A stretch of 64,000 bases of DNA from the human T2T-CHM13v2.0 reference genome, Homo sapiens, in the NCBI RefSeq assembly GCF_009914755.1, contig NC_060948.1; one strand, 5' to 3'. The notes beneath the pieces were generated by a model. It was not told the DNA's origin. It did not search any database and was given only the letters and a program-made list of their open reading frames with translations. Below, one piece after another: positions 42,505 to 56,658 of the stretch (positions are counted from its first letter, which is position 1; each line of letters opens with the position of its first letter). A program made the translations under genes and the position numbers.

Positions 42505-45500
42505 CTCTAATGGAATGGATTCGAGTGGAATGGAATCGAATATAATGGAGTCGAATTAAATGGAATTGAAAGGAATGGGACCGAATACAATGGAATATAC
42601 TGGAACGTAATGTAATGAACTCGAATGTAATTGACTGGAATGGAATGTACATGAATGGAATGTAATCGAATGGAAAGTAATCCAATGGAATAGAATCTAA
42701 TGCAGTAAAATCGACTCAAATAGAGTAGAATGTAATGGAATGGAGTGCAGTGCAATGGAATGGAATGGAATGGAATGCAACGGAATGGAATGGAATGGAA
42801 TGGAATGGGATGGAATGGCATGGAATGGATAGTAATGGATTGGAGTGAAATGGACTGGAAAGGAATGGACTCAAATGGAAAGGGCTCGAAAGGAATGGAG
42901 TCAAATGGAATGGTCTGGAATGGAATGAACACGAATTTAATGCAATCCAATAGAATGGAGTCGAATGGCATGGAATATAAAGAAATGGAATCGAAGAGAA
43001 TGGAAACAAATGGAATGGAATTGAATGGAATGGAATTGAATGGAATGGGAAGGAATGGAGTGAAATTGTATGCAGTAGAAGAGAATAGAATGGAATGCAA
43101 GCGAAAGGAAAGGAATGGATTGGAATGGAATGGAATTCATTGGAATGGAAGGGAATGTAGTGTAATGGACAGGCCTGGAATAAAGTGGAATGCTACGGTC
43201 TCGAATGGAATAAAAATGTATGGAATGGAATGCAATGAAACGGAATCGAATGTCATAGAATGTAATGGAATGCAAAAAAATGGAATCCAAAATCATTGAC
43301 TGGAAAGGCTGGGTGTCGAAAGGAATTGACTCCAATGGAATGGAATCGAATGGAATGGAAGTGAATAGAATCGAACTAAATCGAATGGAATGGAATTGAT
43401 AGGAACGGAATGGAAAGGAATGCAATGATTTGGCATGGAATGGAATCGAATGGCATCGAATGGAATGGAATGGAATGCAATGCAATGGAATGTATTAGAA
43501 TGTAATGAACTTTAATGGAATGTACTCGAATGGATTCGACTGGAATGGAATGTTCTGGAAGTGAATGGACTCCAATGGAATGGATTCAAAAGGAATGGAA
43601 TCGTACGGAATGGAATCTAATGGAATGGAATTAAATGGAAATGAATCAAATTGAATAGCACGGAATTGAATTGAATGGAATCGAATGCAATGGAATCTAA
43701 TGAAACGGAAAGGAAAGGAATGCAATGGAATGGAATGGGATGGAATGGAAAGGAATCGAAACGAATGGAATGGAATCGAACTGAAGAGACTGGAATGGAA
43801 TGCACTGGAATGGAAGGGAGTGTAATGGAAGTTTCTCGAAAAAAATGGAATCGAATGGAATGGAATTGAATGGAACGGAATAGAGTGGAATGGAATTGAA
43901 TGGAATGGAATGGACTAGAGTGAAATGGAATCGAACCACAAGGAATGGACAGGAATAGAATGGTCTCGAATTGAATGGAATCGTATGGAATGGCATCAAA
44001 CGGAATGGAATGGACAGCCACGGAATGGAATGCACTCGAATGCAATGGAGTCGAAACTAATGGACTGGAATAGAATGGACTCGACTGGTACGGACTCCAA
44101 TGGAATGGAATCGAGTGGAAGGGAATCGAACGGAATGGACTCGAAGGGAAAAGACTGCAATGGAAAGGTCTCGAATGGAATGGAAATTAATGGAATGGAA
44201 TGGAATCGAATGAAATGGAGTCAAAAGAAATGGAATCGAATGGCAAGAAATCGAATGTAATGGAATCGCAAGGAATTGATGTGAACGGAACGGAATGGAA
44301 TGGAATCCAAAGGAATGGAATAGAATGGAATGGAATCGAATGGAAAGGACTCGAATGGAAATCACTCGAATAGAATGCAATTTAATAAAATAGGGTCAAA
44401 TGTAATGGAATGGAATGGAAAGGAATCGAAACGAAAGGAATGGAGACAGATGGAATGGAATGGGTCAGAGAGCAATGGTATAGAATGGAATGGAATCATC
44501 TGGAATGGAATTGAATGGAATGGAATAATATGAAATGGAATGGAATGGAATGGAATGGAATGGAATGCCCTTGAATTAAATGGACTGGACTCGAACAGAG
44601 TGGAATGGAAAGTGTTGAGATAGAATGGAATGGACTCCTTTGGAATGGTCTAGTATGCAATGCAATCGACTGGCAGGGAATCAAAAGGAATGTAATGGAA
44701 TGGATTGGACTGGAATGCAATGGACTCGAATAGATTGGAAACGGAATGCAAAGGAATGGAATGGAATAGTATGGAATGGAATGGAAAGGAATGGAGTGGA
44801 ATAGACTAGAGTGGAATGGAATGGACTGGAAAGCAATGGACTGGAATGGAACTTTCTTGAATGGACTGGAATCAAACGGAATGGAACGCAATGCAATCAA
44901 ATGGCATGGAATAAAATAGAATGAAAGAGAATCAAATGGAATTGAATCGAATGGAATCGAATGGATTGGAAAGGAATAGAATGGAATGGAATGGAATTGA
45001 CTCAAATGGAATGGACTAGAATGGAATGGATTCGAATGGAAGGCAAAGGAATGGAATCTATTGGAATGGACTGTAATGGAATGGAATGGAAGGGATTGGA
45101 ATGGACTCGAATGGAATGGACTGCAATAGAAAGGATTCGAATGGAATGAAAAAGAATTGAATGGAATAGAACAAAATGGAATCAAATCGAATGAAATGGA
45201 ATGGAATAGAAAGGAATGGAATGAAATGGAATGGAAAGGATTCGAATGGAATGCAATCGAATGGAATGGAATCGAACGGAATGGAATAAAATGGAAGAAA
45301 ACTGGCAAGAAATGGAATCGAAATGAATGGAGTGTTATGGAACGGACTCAAAAGGAATTGAATGTAATAGAATGGAGTGGAGTGGACTCGAATATAATGG
45401 ACTGGAATGGAATGAAATCACATGGAATGGGAACGAATGGAATGGAATGGAAAGGAATGGAATCGAATGGAAAGGAATCGAATGGAAGGGAATGAAATTG

Positions 45501-46048
45501 AATCAACAGGAATGAAAGGGAATAGAATAGACGGTAATGGAATGGACTCGAATAGAATGGACACGAATGCTCAAATTGAATGGACTCGAATGGAATGGAA
45601 ACGAAAGGAATGTCATCGAATGGAATTGAATCGATTGGAATGAAATCGCATAGAATGGAGTGGAATCAAATGGAATTGAATCGAAAGGAAAGGAAGCGAA
45701 TGGACTGAAATGAAATGGAATGGAATTGAATGGAAAGTAATGCAATGGAATAGAATGGAACGAAATTTCACGGAATGGAATCAAACTGAATGGAATCAAA
45801 TCAATGGAATCAAATCAAATGGAATGGAAAGGAATTGAATGGAGTAGATTGGATTGGATGGGATTGGAATGAAATGTACTGGAAAGGACTCGAATTTCAT
45901 GAAACGGAATGGAATGAATTGGAACGGAATGGACTCGAATGGAATGGAATGTCATGGAATGGCATCAAATGGAATGGCATCAAATGGAATGGAATCGAAT
46001 GCAATGGAATGCTATGGAATGGAATGGAATGCATTGGAATGGAATGTC
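42505..46048 (+). repeat. DYZ1 unit U13 (3,544 bp), diverged
   Basis: Anchor to anchor. Many private substitutions in the first 2.4 kb. Confidence 0.9.
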
Positions 46049-49000
46049 CTCTAATGGAATGGATTCGAGTGGAATGGAATCGAATATAATGGAGTCGAAT
46101 GAAATGGAATTGAAAGGAATGGGATCGAATACAATGGAATATACTGGAATGTAATGTAATGAACTCGAATGTAATTGACTGGAATGGAATGTACATGAAT
46201 GGAATGTAATCGAATGGAAAGTAATCCAATGGAATAGAATCTAATGCAATAAAATCGACTCAGATAGAGTAGAATGTAATGGAATGGAGTGCAGTGCAAT
46301 GGAATGGAATGGAATGGAATGCAATGGAATGGAATGGAATGGAATGGAATGCAATGGAATGGGATGGAATGGTATGGAATGGATAGTAATGGACTGGAGT
46401 GAAATGGACTGGAAAGGAATGGACTCAAATTGAAAGGGCTCGAAAGGAATGGAGTCAAATGGAATGGTCTGGAATGGAATGAACACGAATGTAATGCAAT
46501 CCAATAGAATGGAATCGAATGGCATGGAATATAAAGAAATGGAATCGAAGAGAATGGAAACAAATGGAATGGAATTGAATGGAATGGAATTGAATGGAAT
46601 GGGAATGAATGGAGTGAAATTGTATGCAGTAGAAGGGAATAGAATGGAATGCAAGCGAAAGGAAAGGAATGGATTGGAATGGAATGGAATTCATTGGAAT
46701 GGAAGGGAATGTAGTGTAATGGACAGGCCTGGAATAAAGTGGAATGCTACGGTCTCGAATGGAATAAAAATGTATGGAATGGAATGCAATGAAACGGAAT
46801 CGAATGTCATAGAATGTAATGGAAAGCAAAAAAATGGAATCCAAAATCATTGACTGGAAAGGCTGGGTGTCGAAAGGAATTGACTCCAATGGAATGGAAT
46901 CGAATGGAATGGAAGTGAATAGAATCGAACTAAATCGAATGGAATGGAATTGATAGGAACGGAATGGAAAGGAATGCAATGATTTGGCATGGAATGGAAT
47001 CGAATGGCATCGAATGGAATGGAATGGAATGCAATGGAATGGAATGTATTACAATGTAATGAACTTTAATGGAATGTACTCGAATGGATTCGACTGGAAT
47101 GGAATGTTCTGGAAGTGAATGGACTCCAATGGAATGGATTCAAAAGGAATGGAATCGTACGGAATGGAATCTAATGGAATGGAAATAAATGGAAATGAAT
47201 CAAATTGAATAGCACGGAATTGAATTGAATGGAATGGAATGCAATGGAATCTAATGAAACGGAAAGGAAAGGAATGGAATGGAATGGAATGGACTGGAAT
47301 GGAAAGGAATCGAAACGAATGGAATGGAATCGAACTGAAGAGACTGGAATGGAATGCACTGGAATGGAAGGGAGTGTAATGGAAGGTTCTCGAAAAAAAT
47401 GGAATCGAATGGAATGGAATTGAATGGAACGGAATAGAGTCGAATGGAATTGAATGGAATGGAATGGACTAGAGTGAAATGGAATCGAACCACAAGGAAT
47501 GGACAGGAATAGAATGGTCTCGAATTGAATGGAATCGTATGGAATGGCATCAAACGGAATGGAATGGACAGCCACGGAATGGAATGCACTCGAATGCAAT
47601 GGAGTCGAAACTAATGGACTGGAATAGAATGGACTCGACTGGTACGGACTCCAATGGAATGGAATCGAATGGAAGGGAATCGAACGGAATGGACTCGAAG
47701 GGAAAAGACTCCAATGGAAAGGTCTCGAATGGAATGGAAATTAATGGGATGGAATGGAATCGAATGAAATGGAGTCAAAAGGAATGGAATCGAATGGCAA
47801 GAAATCGAATGTAATGGAATCGCAAGGAATTGATGTGAACGGAACGGAATGGAATGGAATCCAAAGGAATGGAATAGAATGGAATGGAATCGAATGGAAA
47901 GGACTCGAATGGAAATCACTCGAATAGAATGCAATTTAATAAAATAGGATCAAATGTAATAGAATGGAATGGAAAGGAATCGAAACGGAAGGAATGGAGA
48001 CAGATGGAATGGAATGGAACAGAGAGCAATGGTATAGAATGGAATGGAATAATATGAAATGGAATGGAATGGAATGCCCTTGAATTAAATGGACTGGACT
48101 CGAACAGAGTGGAATGGAAAGTGTTGAGATAGAATGGAATGGACTCCTTTGGAATGGTGTAGTATGCAATGCAATCGACTGGCAGGGAATCAAAAGGAAT
48201 GTAATCGAATGGATTGGACTGGAATGCAATGGACTCGAATAGATTGGAAACGGAATGCAAAGGAATGGAATGGAATAGTATGGAATGGAATGGAAAGGAA
48301 TGGAGTGGAATAGACTAGAGTGGAATGGAATGGACTGGAAAGCAATGGACTGGAATGGAACTTTCTTGGATGGATTGGAATCAAACGGAATGGAATGCAA
48401 TGCAATCAAATGGCATGGAATAAAATAGAATGAAAGAGAATCAAATGGAATTGAATCGAATGGAATCGAATGGATTGGAAAGGAATAGAATGGAATGGAA
48501 TGGAATTGACTCAAATGGAATGGACTAGAATGGAATGGATTCGAATGGAAGGCAAAGGAATGGAATCTATTGGAATGGACTGTAATGGAATGGAATGGAA
48601 GGGATTGGAATGGACTCGAATGGAATGGACTGCAATAGAAAGGATTCGAATGGAATGAAAAAGAATTGAATGGAATAGAACAGAATGGAATCAAATCGAA
48701 TGAAATGGAATGGAATAGAAAGGAATGGAATGAAATGGAATGGAAAGGATTCGAATGGAATGCAATCGAATGGAATGGAATAAAATGGAAGAAAACTGGC
48801 AAGAAATGGAATCGAAATGAATGGAGTGTTATGGAACGGACTCAAAAGGAATTGAATGTAATAGAATGGAGTGGAGTGGACTCGAATATAATGGACTGGA
48901 ATGGAATGAAATCACATGGAATGGGAACGAATGGAATGGAATGGAAAGGAATGGAATCGAATGGAAAGGAATCGAATGGAAGGGAATGAAATTGAATCAA

Positions 49001-49541
49001 CACGAATGGAAGGGAATAGAATAGACTGTAATGGAATGGACTCGAATAGAATGGACACGAATGCTCAAATTAAATGGACTCGAATGGAATGGAAACGAAA
49101 GGAATGTCATCGAATGGAATTGAATCGATTGGAATGAAATCGCATAGAATGCAGTGGAATCAAATGGAATTGAATCGAAAGGAAACAAGCGAATGGACTG
49201 AAATGAAATGGAATGGAATTGAATGGAAAGTAATGCAATGGAATAGAATGGAACGAAATTTCACGGAATGGAATCAAACTGAATGGAATCAAATCAATGG
49301 AATCAAATCAAATGGAATGGAAAGGAATTGAATGGAGTAGATGGGATTGGATGGGATTGGAATGAAATGTACTGGAAAGGACTCGAATTTCATGAAACGG
49401 AATGGAATGAATTGGAACGGAATGGACTCGAATGGAATGGAATGTCATGGGATGGCATCAAATGGAATGGCATCAAATGGAATGGAATCGAATGCAATGG
49501 AATGCTATGGAATGGAATGGAATGCATTGGAATGGAATGTC
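46049..49541 (+). repeat. DYZ1 unit U14 (3,493 bp, shortest)
   Basis: Anchor to anchor. Private 30-bp deletion at ~48050. Confidence 0.9.
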
Positions 49542-52500
49542 CTCTAATGGAATGGATTCGAGTGGAATGGAATTGAATATAATGGAGTCGAATGAAATGG
49601 AATTGAAAGGAATGGGATCGAATACAATGGAATATACTGGAATGTAACGTAATGAACTCGAATGTAATTGACTGGAATGGAATGTATATGAATGGAATGT
49701 AATCGAATGGAAAGTAATCCAATGGAATAGAATCTAATGCAATAAAATCGACTCAGATAGAGTAGAATGTAATGGAATGGAGTGCAGTGCAATGGAATGG
49801 AATGGAATGGAATGCAATGGAATGGAATGGAATGGAATGCAATGGAATGGAATGGAATGGAATGGAATGTGATGGAATGGTATGGAATGGATAGTAATGG
49901 ACTGGAGTGAAATGGACTGGAAAGGAATGGACTCAAATTGAAAGGGCTCGAAAGGAATGGAGTCAAATGGAATGGTCTGGAATGGAATGAACACGAATGT
50001 AATGCAACCCAATAGAATGGAATCGAATGGCATGGAATATAAAGAAATGGAATCGAAGAGAATGGAAACAAATGGAATGGAATTGAATGGAATGGAATTG
50101 AATGGAATGGGAAGGAATGGAGTGAAATTGTATGCAGTAGAAGAGAATAGAATGGAATGCAAGCAAAAGGAAAGGAATGGATTGCAATGGAATGGAATTC
50201 ATTGGAATGGAAAGGAATGTAGTGTAATGGACAGGCCTGGAATAAATTGGAATGCTACGGTCTCGAATGGAATAAAAATGTATGGAATGGAATGCAATGA
50301 AACGGAATCGAATGTCATAGAATGTAATGGAATGCAAAAAAATGGAATCCAAAATCATTGACTGGAAAGGCTGGGTGTCGAAAGGAATTGACTCCAATGG
50401 AATGGAATCGAATGGAATGGAAGTGAATAGAATCGAACTAAATCGAATGGAATGGAATTGATAGGAACGGAATGGAAAGGAATGCAATGATTTGGCATGG
50501 AATGGAATCGAATGGCATCGAATGGAATGGAATGGAATGCAATGGAATGGAATGTATTAGAATGTAATGAACTTTAATGGAATGTACTCGAATGGATTCG
50601 ACTGGAATGGAATGTTCTGGAAGTGAATGGACTCCAATGGAATGGATTCAAAAGGAATGGAATCGTACGGAATGGAATCTAATGGAATGGAATTAAATGG
50701 AAATGAATCAAATTGAATAGCACGGAATTGAATTGAATGGAATGGAATGCAATGGAATCTAATGAAACGGAAAGGAAAGGAATGGAATGGAATGGAATGG
50801 ACTGGAATGGAAAGGAATCGAAACGAATGGAATGGAATCGAACTGAAGAGACTGGAATGGAATGCACTGGAATGGAAGGGAGTGTAATGGAAGGTTCTCG
50901 AAACAAATGGAATCGAATGGAATGGAATTGAATGGAACGGAATAGAGTCGAATGGAATTGAATGGAATGGAATGGACTAGAGTGAAATGGAATCGAACCA
51001 CAAGGAATGGACAGGAATAGAATGGTCTCGAATTGAATGGAATCGTATGGAATGGCATCAAACGGAATGGAATGGACAGCCACGGAATGGAATGCACTCG
51101 AATGCAATGGAGTCGAAACTAATGGACTGGAATAGAATGGACTCGACTGGTACGGACTCCAATGGAATGGAATCGAATGGAAGGGAATCGAACGGAAGGG
51201 AATCGAATGGAATGGACTCGAAGGGAAAAGACTGCAATGGAAAGGTCTCGAATGGAATGGAAATTAATGGAATGGAATGGAATCGAATGAAATGGAGTCA
51301 AAAGGAATGGAATCGAATGGCAAGAAATCGAATGTAATGGAATCGCAAGGAATTGATGTGAACGGAACGGAATGGAATGGAATCCAAAGGAATGGAATAG
51401 AATGGAATGGAATCGAATGGAAAGGACTCGAATGGAAATCACTCGAATAGAATGCAATTTAATAAAATAGGATCAAATGTAATGGAATGGAATGGAAAGG
51501 AATCGAAACGAAAGGAATGGAGACAGATGGAATGGAATGGAAAAGAGAGCAATGGTATAGAATGGAATGGAATCATCTGGAATGGAATTGAATGGAATGG
51601 AATGGAATGCCCTTGAATTAAATGGACTGGAATGGAATGGACTCAAACAGAGAGGAATGGAAAGTGTTGAGATAGAATGGAATGAACTCCTTTGGAATGG
51701 TCTAGTAGGCAATGCAATCGACTGGCAGGGAATCAAAAGGAATGTAATCGAATGGATTGGACTGGAATGCAATGGACTCGAATAGATTGGAAACGGAATG
51801 CAAAGGAATGGAATGGAATAGTATGGAATGGAATGGAAAGGAATGGAGTGGAATAGACTAGAGTGGAATGGAATGGACTGGAAAGCAATGGACTGGAATG
51901 GAACTTTCTTGAATGGACTGGAATCAAACGGAATGGAATGCAATGCAATCAAATGGCATGGAATAAAATAGAATGAAAGAGAATCAAATGGAATTGAATC
52001 GAATGGAATCGAATGGATTGGAAAGGAATAGAATGGAATGGAATGGAATTGACTCAAATGGAATGGACTAGAATGGAATGGATTCGAATGGAAGGCAAAG
52101 GAATGGAATCTATTGGAATGGACTGAAATGGAATGGAATGGAAGGGATTGGAATGGACTCGAATGGAATGGACTGCAATAGAAAGGATTCGAATGGAATG
52201 AAAAAGAATTGAATGGAATAGAACAGAATGGAATCAAATCGAATGAAATGGAACGGAATAGAAAGGAATGGAATGAAATGGAATGAAAAGGATTCCAATG
52301 CAATGCAATCGAATGGATTGGAATCGAACGGAATGGAATAAAATGGAAGAAAACTGGCAATAAATGGAATCGAAATGAATGGAGTGTTATGGAACGGACT
52401 CAAAAGGAATTGAATGTAATAGAATGGAGTGGAGTGGACTCGAATATAATGGACTGGAATGGAATGAAATCACATGGAATGGGAACGAATGGAATGGAAT

Positions 52501-53100
52501 GGAAAGGAATGGAATCGAATGGAAAGGAATCGAATGGAAGGGAATGAAATTGAATCAACAGGAATGGAAGGGAATAGAATAGACGGTAATGGAATGGACT
52601 CGAATAGAATGGACACGAATGCTCAAATTGAATGGACTCGAATGGAATGGAAACGAAAGGAATGTCATCGAATGGAATTGAATCGATTGGAATGAAATCG
52701 CATAGAATGGAGTGGAATCAAATGGAATTGAATCGAAAGGAAAGGAAGCGAATGGACTGAAATGAAATGGAATGGAATTGAATGGAAAGTAATGCAATGG
52801 AATAGAATGGAACGAAATTTCACGGAATGGAATCAAACTGAATGGAATCAAATCAATGGAATCAAATCAAATGGAATGGAAAGGAATTGAATGGAGTAGA
52901 TGGGATTGGATGGGACTGGAATGAAATGTACTGGAAAGTACTCGAATTTCATGAAACGGAATGGAATGAATTGGAACGGAATGGACTCGAATGGAATGGA
53001 ATGTCATGGAATGGCATCAAATGGAATGGCATCAAATGGAATGGAATCGAATGCAATGGAATGCTATGGAATGGAATGGAATGCATTGGAATGGAATGTC
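49542..53100 (+). repeat. DYZ1 unit U15 (3,559 bp)
   Basis: Anchor to anchor. Near twin of U1. Confidence 0.9.
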
Positions 53101-56100
53101 CTCTAATGGAATGGATTCGAGTGGAATGGGATCGAATATAATGGAGTCGAATGAAATGGAATTGAAAGGAATGGGATCGAATACAATGGAATATACTGGA
53201 ATGTAATGTAATGAACTCGAATGTAATTGACTGGAATGGAATGTACATGAATGGAATGTAATCGAATGGAAAGTAATCCAATGGAATAGAATCTAATGCA
53301 ATAAAATCGACTCAGATAGAGTAGAATGTAATGGAATGGAGTGCAGTGCAATGGAATGGAATGGAATGGAATGCAATGGAATGGAATGGAATGGAATGGA
53401 ATGGAATGGAATGGAATGGGATGGAATGGGATGGAATGGATAGTAATGGACTGGAATGAAATGGACTGGAAAAGAATGGACTCAAATTGAAAGGGCTCGA
53501 AAGGAATGGAGTCAAATGGAATGGTCTGGAATGGAATGAACACGAATGTAATGCAATCCAATACAATAGAATCGAATGGCATGGAATATAAAGAAATGGA
53601 ATCTAAGAGAATGGAAACAAATGGAATGGAATTGAATGGAATGGAATTGAATGGAATGGGAACGAATGGAGTGAAATTGTATGCAGTAGAAGAGAATAGA
53701 ATGGAATGCAAGTGAAAGGAAAGGAATGGATTGCAATGGAATGGAATTCATTGGAATGGAAGGGAATGTAGTGTAATGGACAGGCCTGGAATAAAGTGGA
53801 ATGCTACGGTCTCGAATGGAATAAAAATGTATGGAATGGAATGCAATGAAAAGGAATCGAATGTCACAGAATGTAATGGAATGCAAAAAAATGGACTCCA
53901 AAATCATTGACTGGAAAGGCTGGGGTTCGAAAGGAATTGACTGCAATGGAATGGAATCGAATGGAATGGAAGTGAATAGAATCGAACTAAATCGAATGGA
54001 ATGGAATTGATAGGAACGGAATGGAAAGGAATGCAATGATTTGGCATGGAATGGAATCGAATGGCATCAAATGGAATGGAATGGAATGCAATGGAATGGA
54101 ATGTATTAGAATGTAATGAACATTAATGGAATGTACTCGAATGGATTCGACTGGAATGGAATGTTCTGGAAGTGAATGGACTCCAATGGAATGGATTCGA
54201 AAGGAATGGAATCGAACGGAATGGAATCTAATGGAATGGAATTAAATGGAAATGAATCAAATTGAATAGCACGGAATTGAATTGAATGGAATCGAATGCA
54301 ATGGAATCTAATGAAACGGAAAGGAAAGAATGGAATGGAATGGAATGGGCTGGAATGGAAAGGAATCGAAACGAATGGAATGGAATCGAACTGAAGAGAC
54401 TGGAATGGAATGCACTGGAATGGAAGGGAGTGTAATGGAAGGTTCTCGAAAAAAATGGAATCGAATGGAATGGAATTGAATGGAACGGAATAGAGTCGCA
54501 TGGAATTGAATGGAATGGAATGGACTAGAGTGAAATGGAATCGAACGAAAAGGAATGGACAGGAATAGAATGGTCTCGAATTGAATGGAATCGTATGGAA
54601 TGGCATCAAACGGAATGGAATGGACAGCCACGGAATGGAATGCACTCGAATGCAATGGAGTCGAAACTAATGGACTGGAATAGAATGGACTCGACAGGTA
54701 TGGACTCCAATGGAATGGAATCGAATGGAAGGGAATCGAACGGAATGGACTCGAAGGGAAAAGACTGCAATGGAAAGGTCTCGAATGGAATGGAAATTAA
54801 TGGAATGGAATGGAATCGAATGAAATGGAGTCAAAAGGAATGGAATCGAATGGCCAGAAATCGAATGGAATGGAATCGCAAGGAATTGATGTGAACGGAA
54901 CGGAATGGAATGGAATCCAAAGGAATGGAATAGAATGGAATGGAATCGAATGGAAAGGACTCGAATGGAAATCACTCGAATAGAATGCAATTTAATAAAA
55001 TAGGATCAAATGTAATAGAATGGAATGGAAAGGAATCGAAACGGAAGGAATGGAGACAGATGGAATGGAATGGAACAGAGAGCAATGGTATAGAATGGAA
55101 TGGAATCATCTGGAATGGAATTGAATGGAATGGAATAATATGAAATGGAATGGAATGGAATGGAATGGAATGGAATGCCCTTGAATTAAATGGACTGGAC
55201 TCGAACAGAGTGGAATGGAAAGTGTTGAGATAGAATGGAATGGACTCCTTTGGAATGGTGTAGTATGCAATGCAATCGACTGGCAGGGAATCAAAAGGAA
55301 TGTAATCGAATGGATTGGACTGGAATGCAATGGACTCGAATAGATTCTAAACGGAATGCAAAGGAATGGAATGGAATAGTATGGAATGCAATGGAAGGGA
55401 ATGGAGTGGATTAGACTAGAGTGGAATGGAATGGACTGGAAAGCAATGGACTGGAATGGAACTTTCTTGGATGGACTGGAATCAAACGGAATGGAATGCA
55501 ATGCAATCAAATGGCATGGAATAAAATAGAATGAAAGAGAATCAAACGGAATTGAATCGAATGGAATCGAATGGATTGGAAAGGAATAGAATGGAATGGA
55601 ATGGAATTGACTCAAATGGAATGGACTAGAATGGAATGGATTCGAATGGAAGGCAAAGGAATGGAATCTATTGGAATGGACTGTAATGGAATGGAATGGA
55701 AGGGATTGGAATGGACTCGAATGGAATGGACTGCAATAGAAAGGATTCGAATGGAATGAAAAAGAATTGAATGGAATAGAACAGAATGGAATCAAATCGA
55801 ATGGAATGGAATGGAATAGAAAGGAATGGAATGAAATGGAATGGAAAGGATTCGAATGGAATGCAATCGAATGGAATGGAATCGAACGGAATGGAATAAA
55901 ATGGAAGAAAACTGGCAAGAAATGGAATCGAAATGAATGGAGTGTTATGCAACGGACTCAAAAGGAATTGAATGTAATAGAATGGAGTGGAGTGGACTCG
56001 AATATAATGGACTGGAATGGAATGAAATCACATGGAATGGGAACGAATGGAATGGAATGGAAAGGAATGGAATCGAATGGAAAGGAATCGAATGGAAGGG

Positions 56101-56658
56101 AATGAAATTGAATCAACAGGAATGGGAGGGAATAGAATAGACTGTAATGGAATGGACTCGAATAGAATGGACACGAATGCTCAAATTAAATGGACTCGAA
56201 TGGAATGGAAACGAAAGGAATGTCATCGAATGGAATTGAATCGATTGGAATGAAATCGCATAGAATGGAGTGGAATCAAATGGAATTGAATCGAAAGGAA
56301 CGGAAGCGAATGGACTGAAATGAAATGGAATGGAATTGAATGGAAAGTAATGCAATGGAATAGAATGGAACGAAATTTCACGGAATGGAATCAAACTGAA
56401 TGGAATCAAATCAATGGAATCAAATCAAATGGAATGGAAAGGAATTGAATGGAGTAGATGGGATTGGATGGGATTGGAATGAAATGTACTGGAAAGGACT
56501 CGAATTTCATGAAACGGAATGGAATGAATTGGAACGGAATGGACTCGAATGGAATGGAATGTCATGGAATGGCATCAAATGGAATGGCATCAAATGGAAT
56601 GGAATCGAATGCAATGGAATGCTATGGAATGGAATGGAATGCATTGGAATGGAATGTC
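53101..56658 (+). repeat. DYZ1 unit U16 (3,558 bp)
   Basis: Anchor to anchor. Near twin of U6; extra GGCC at 54852. Confidence 0.9.
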
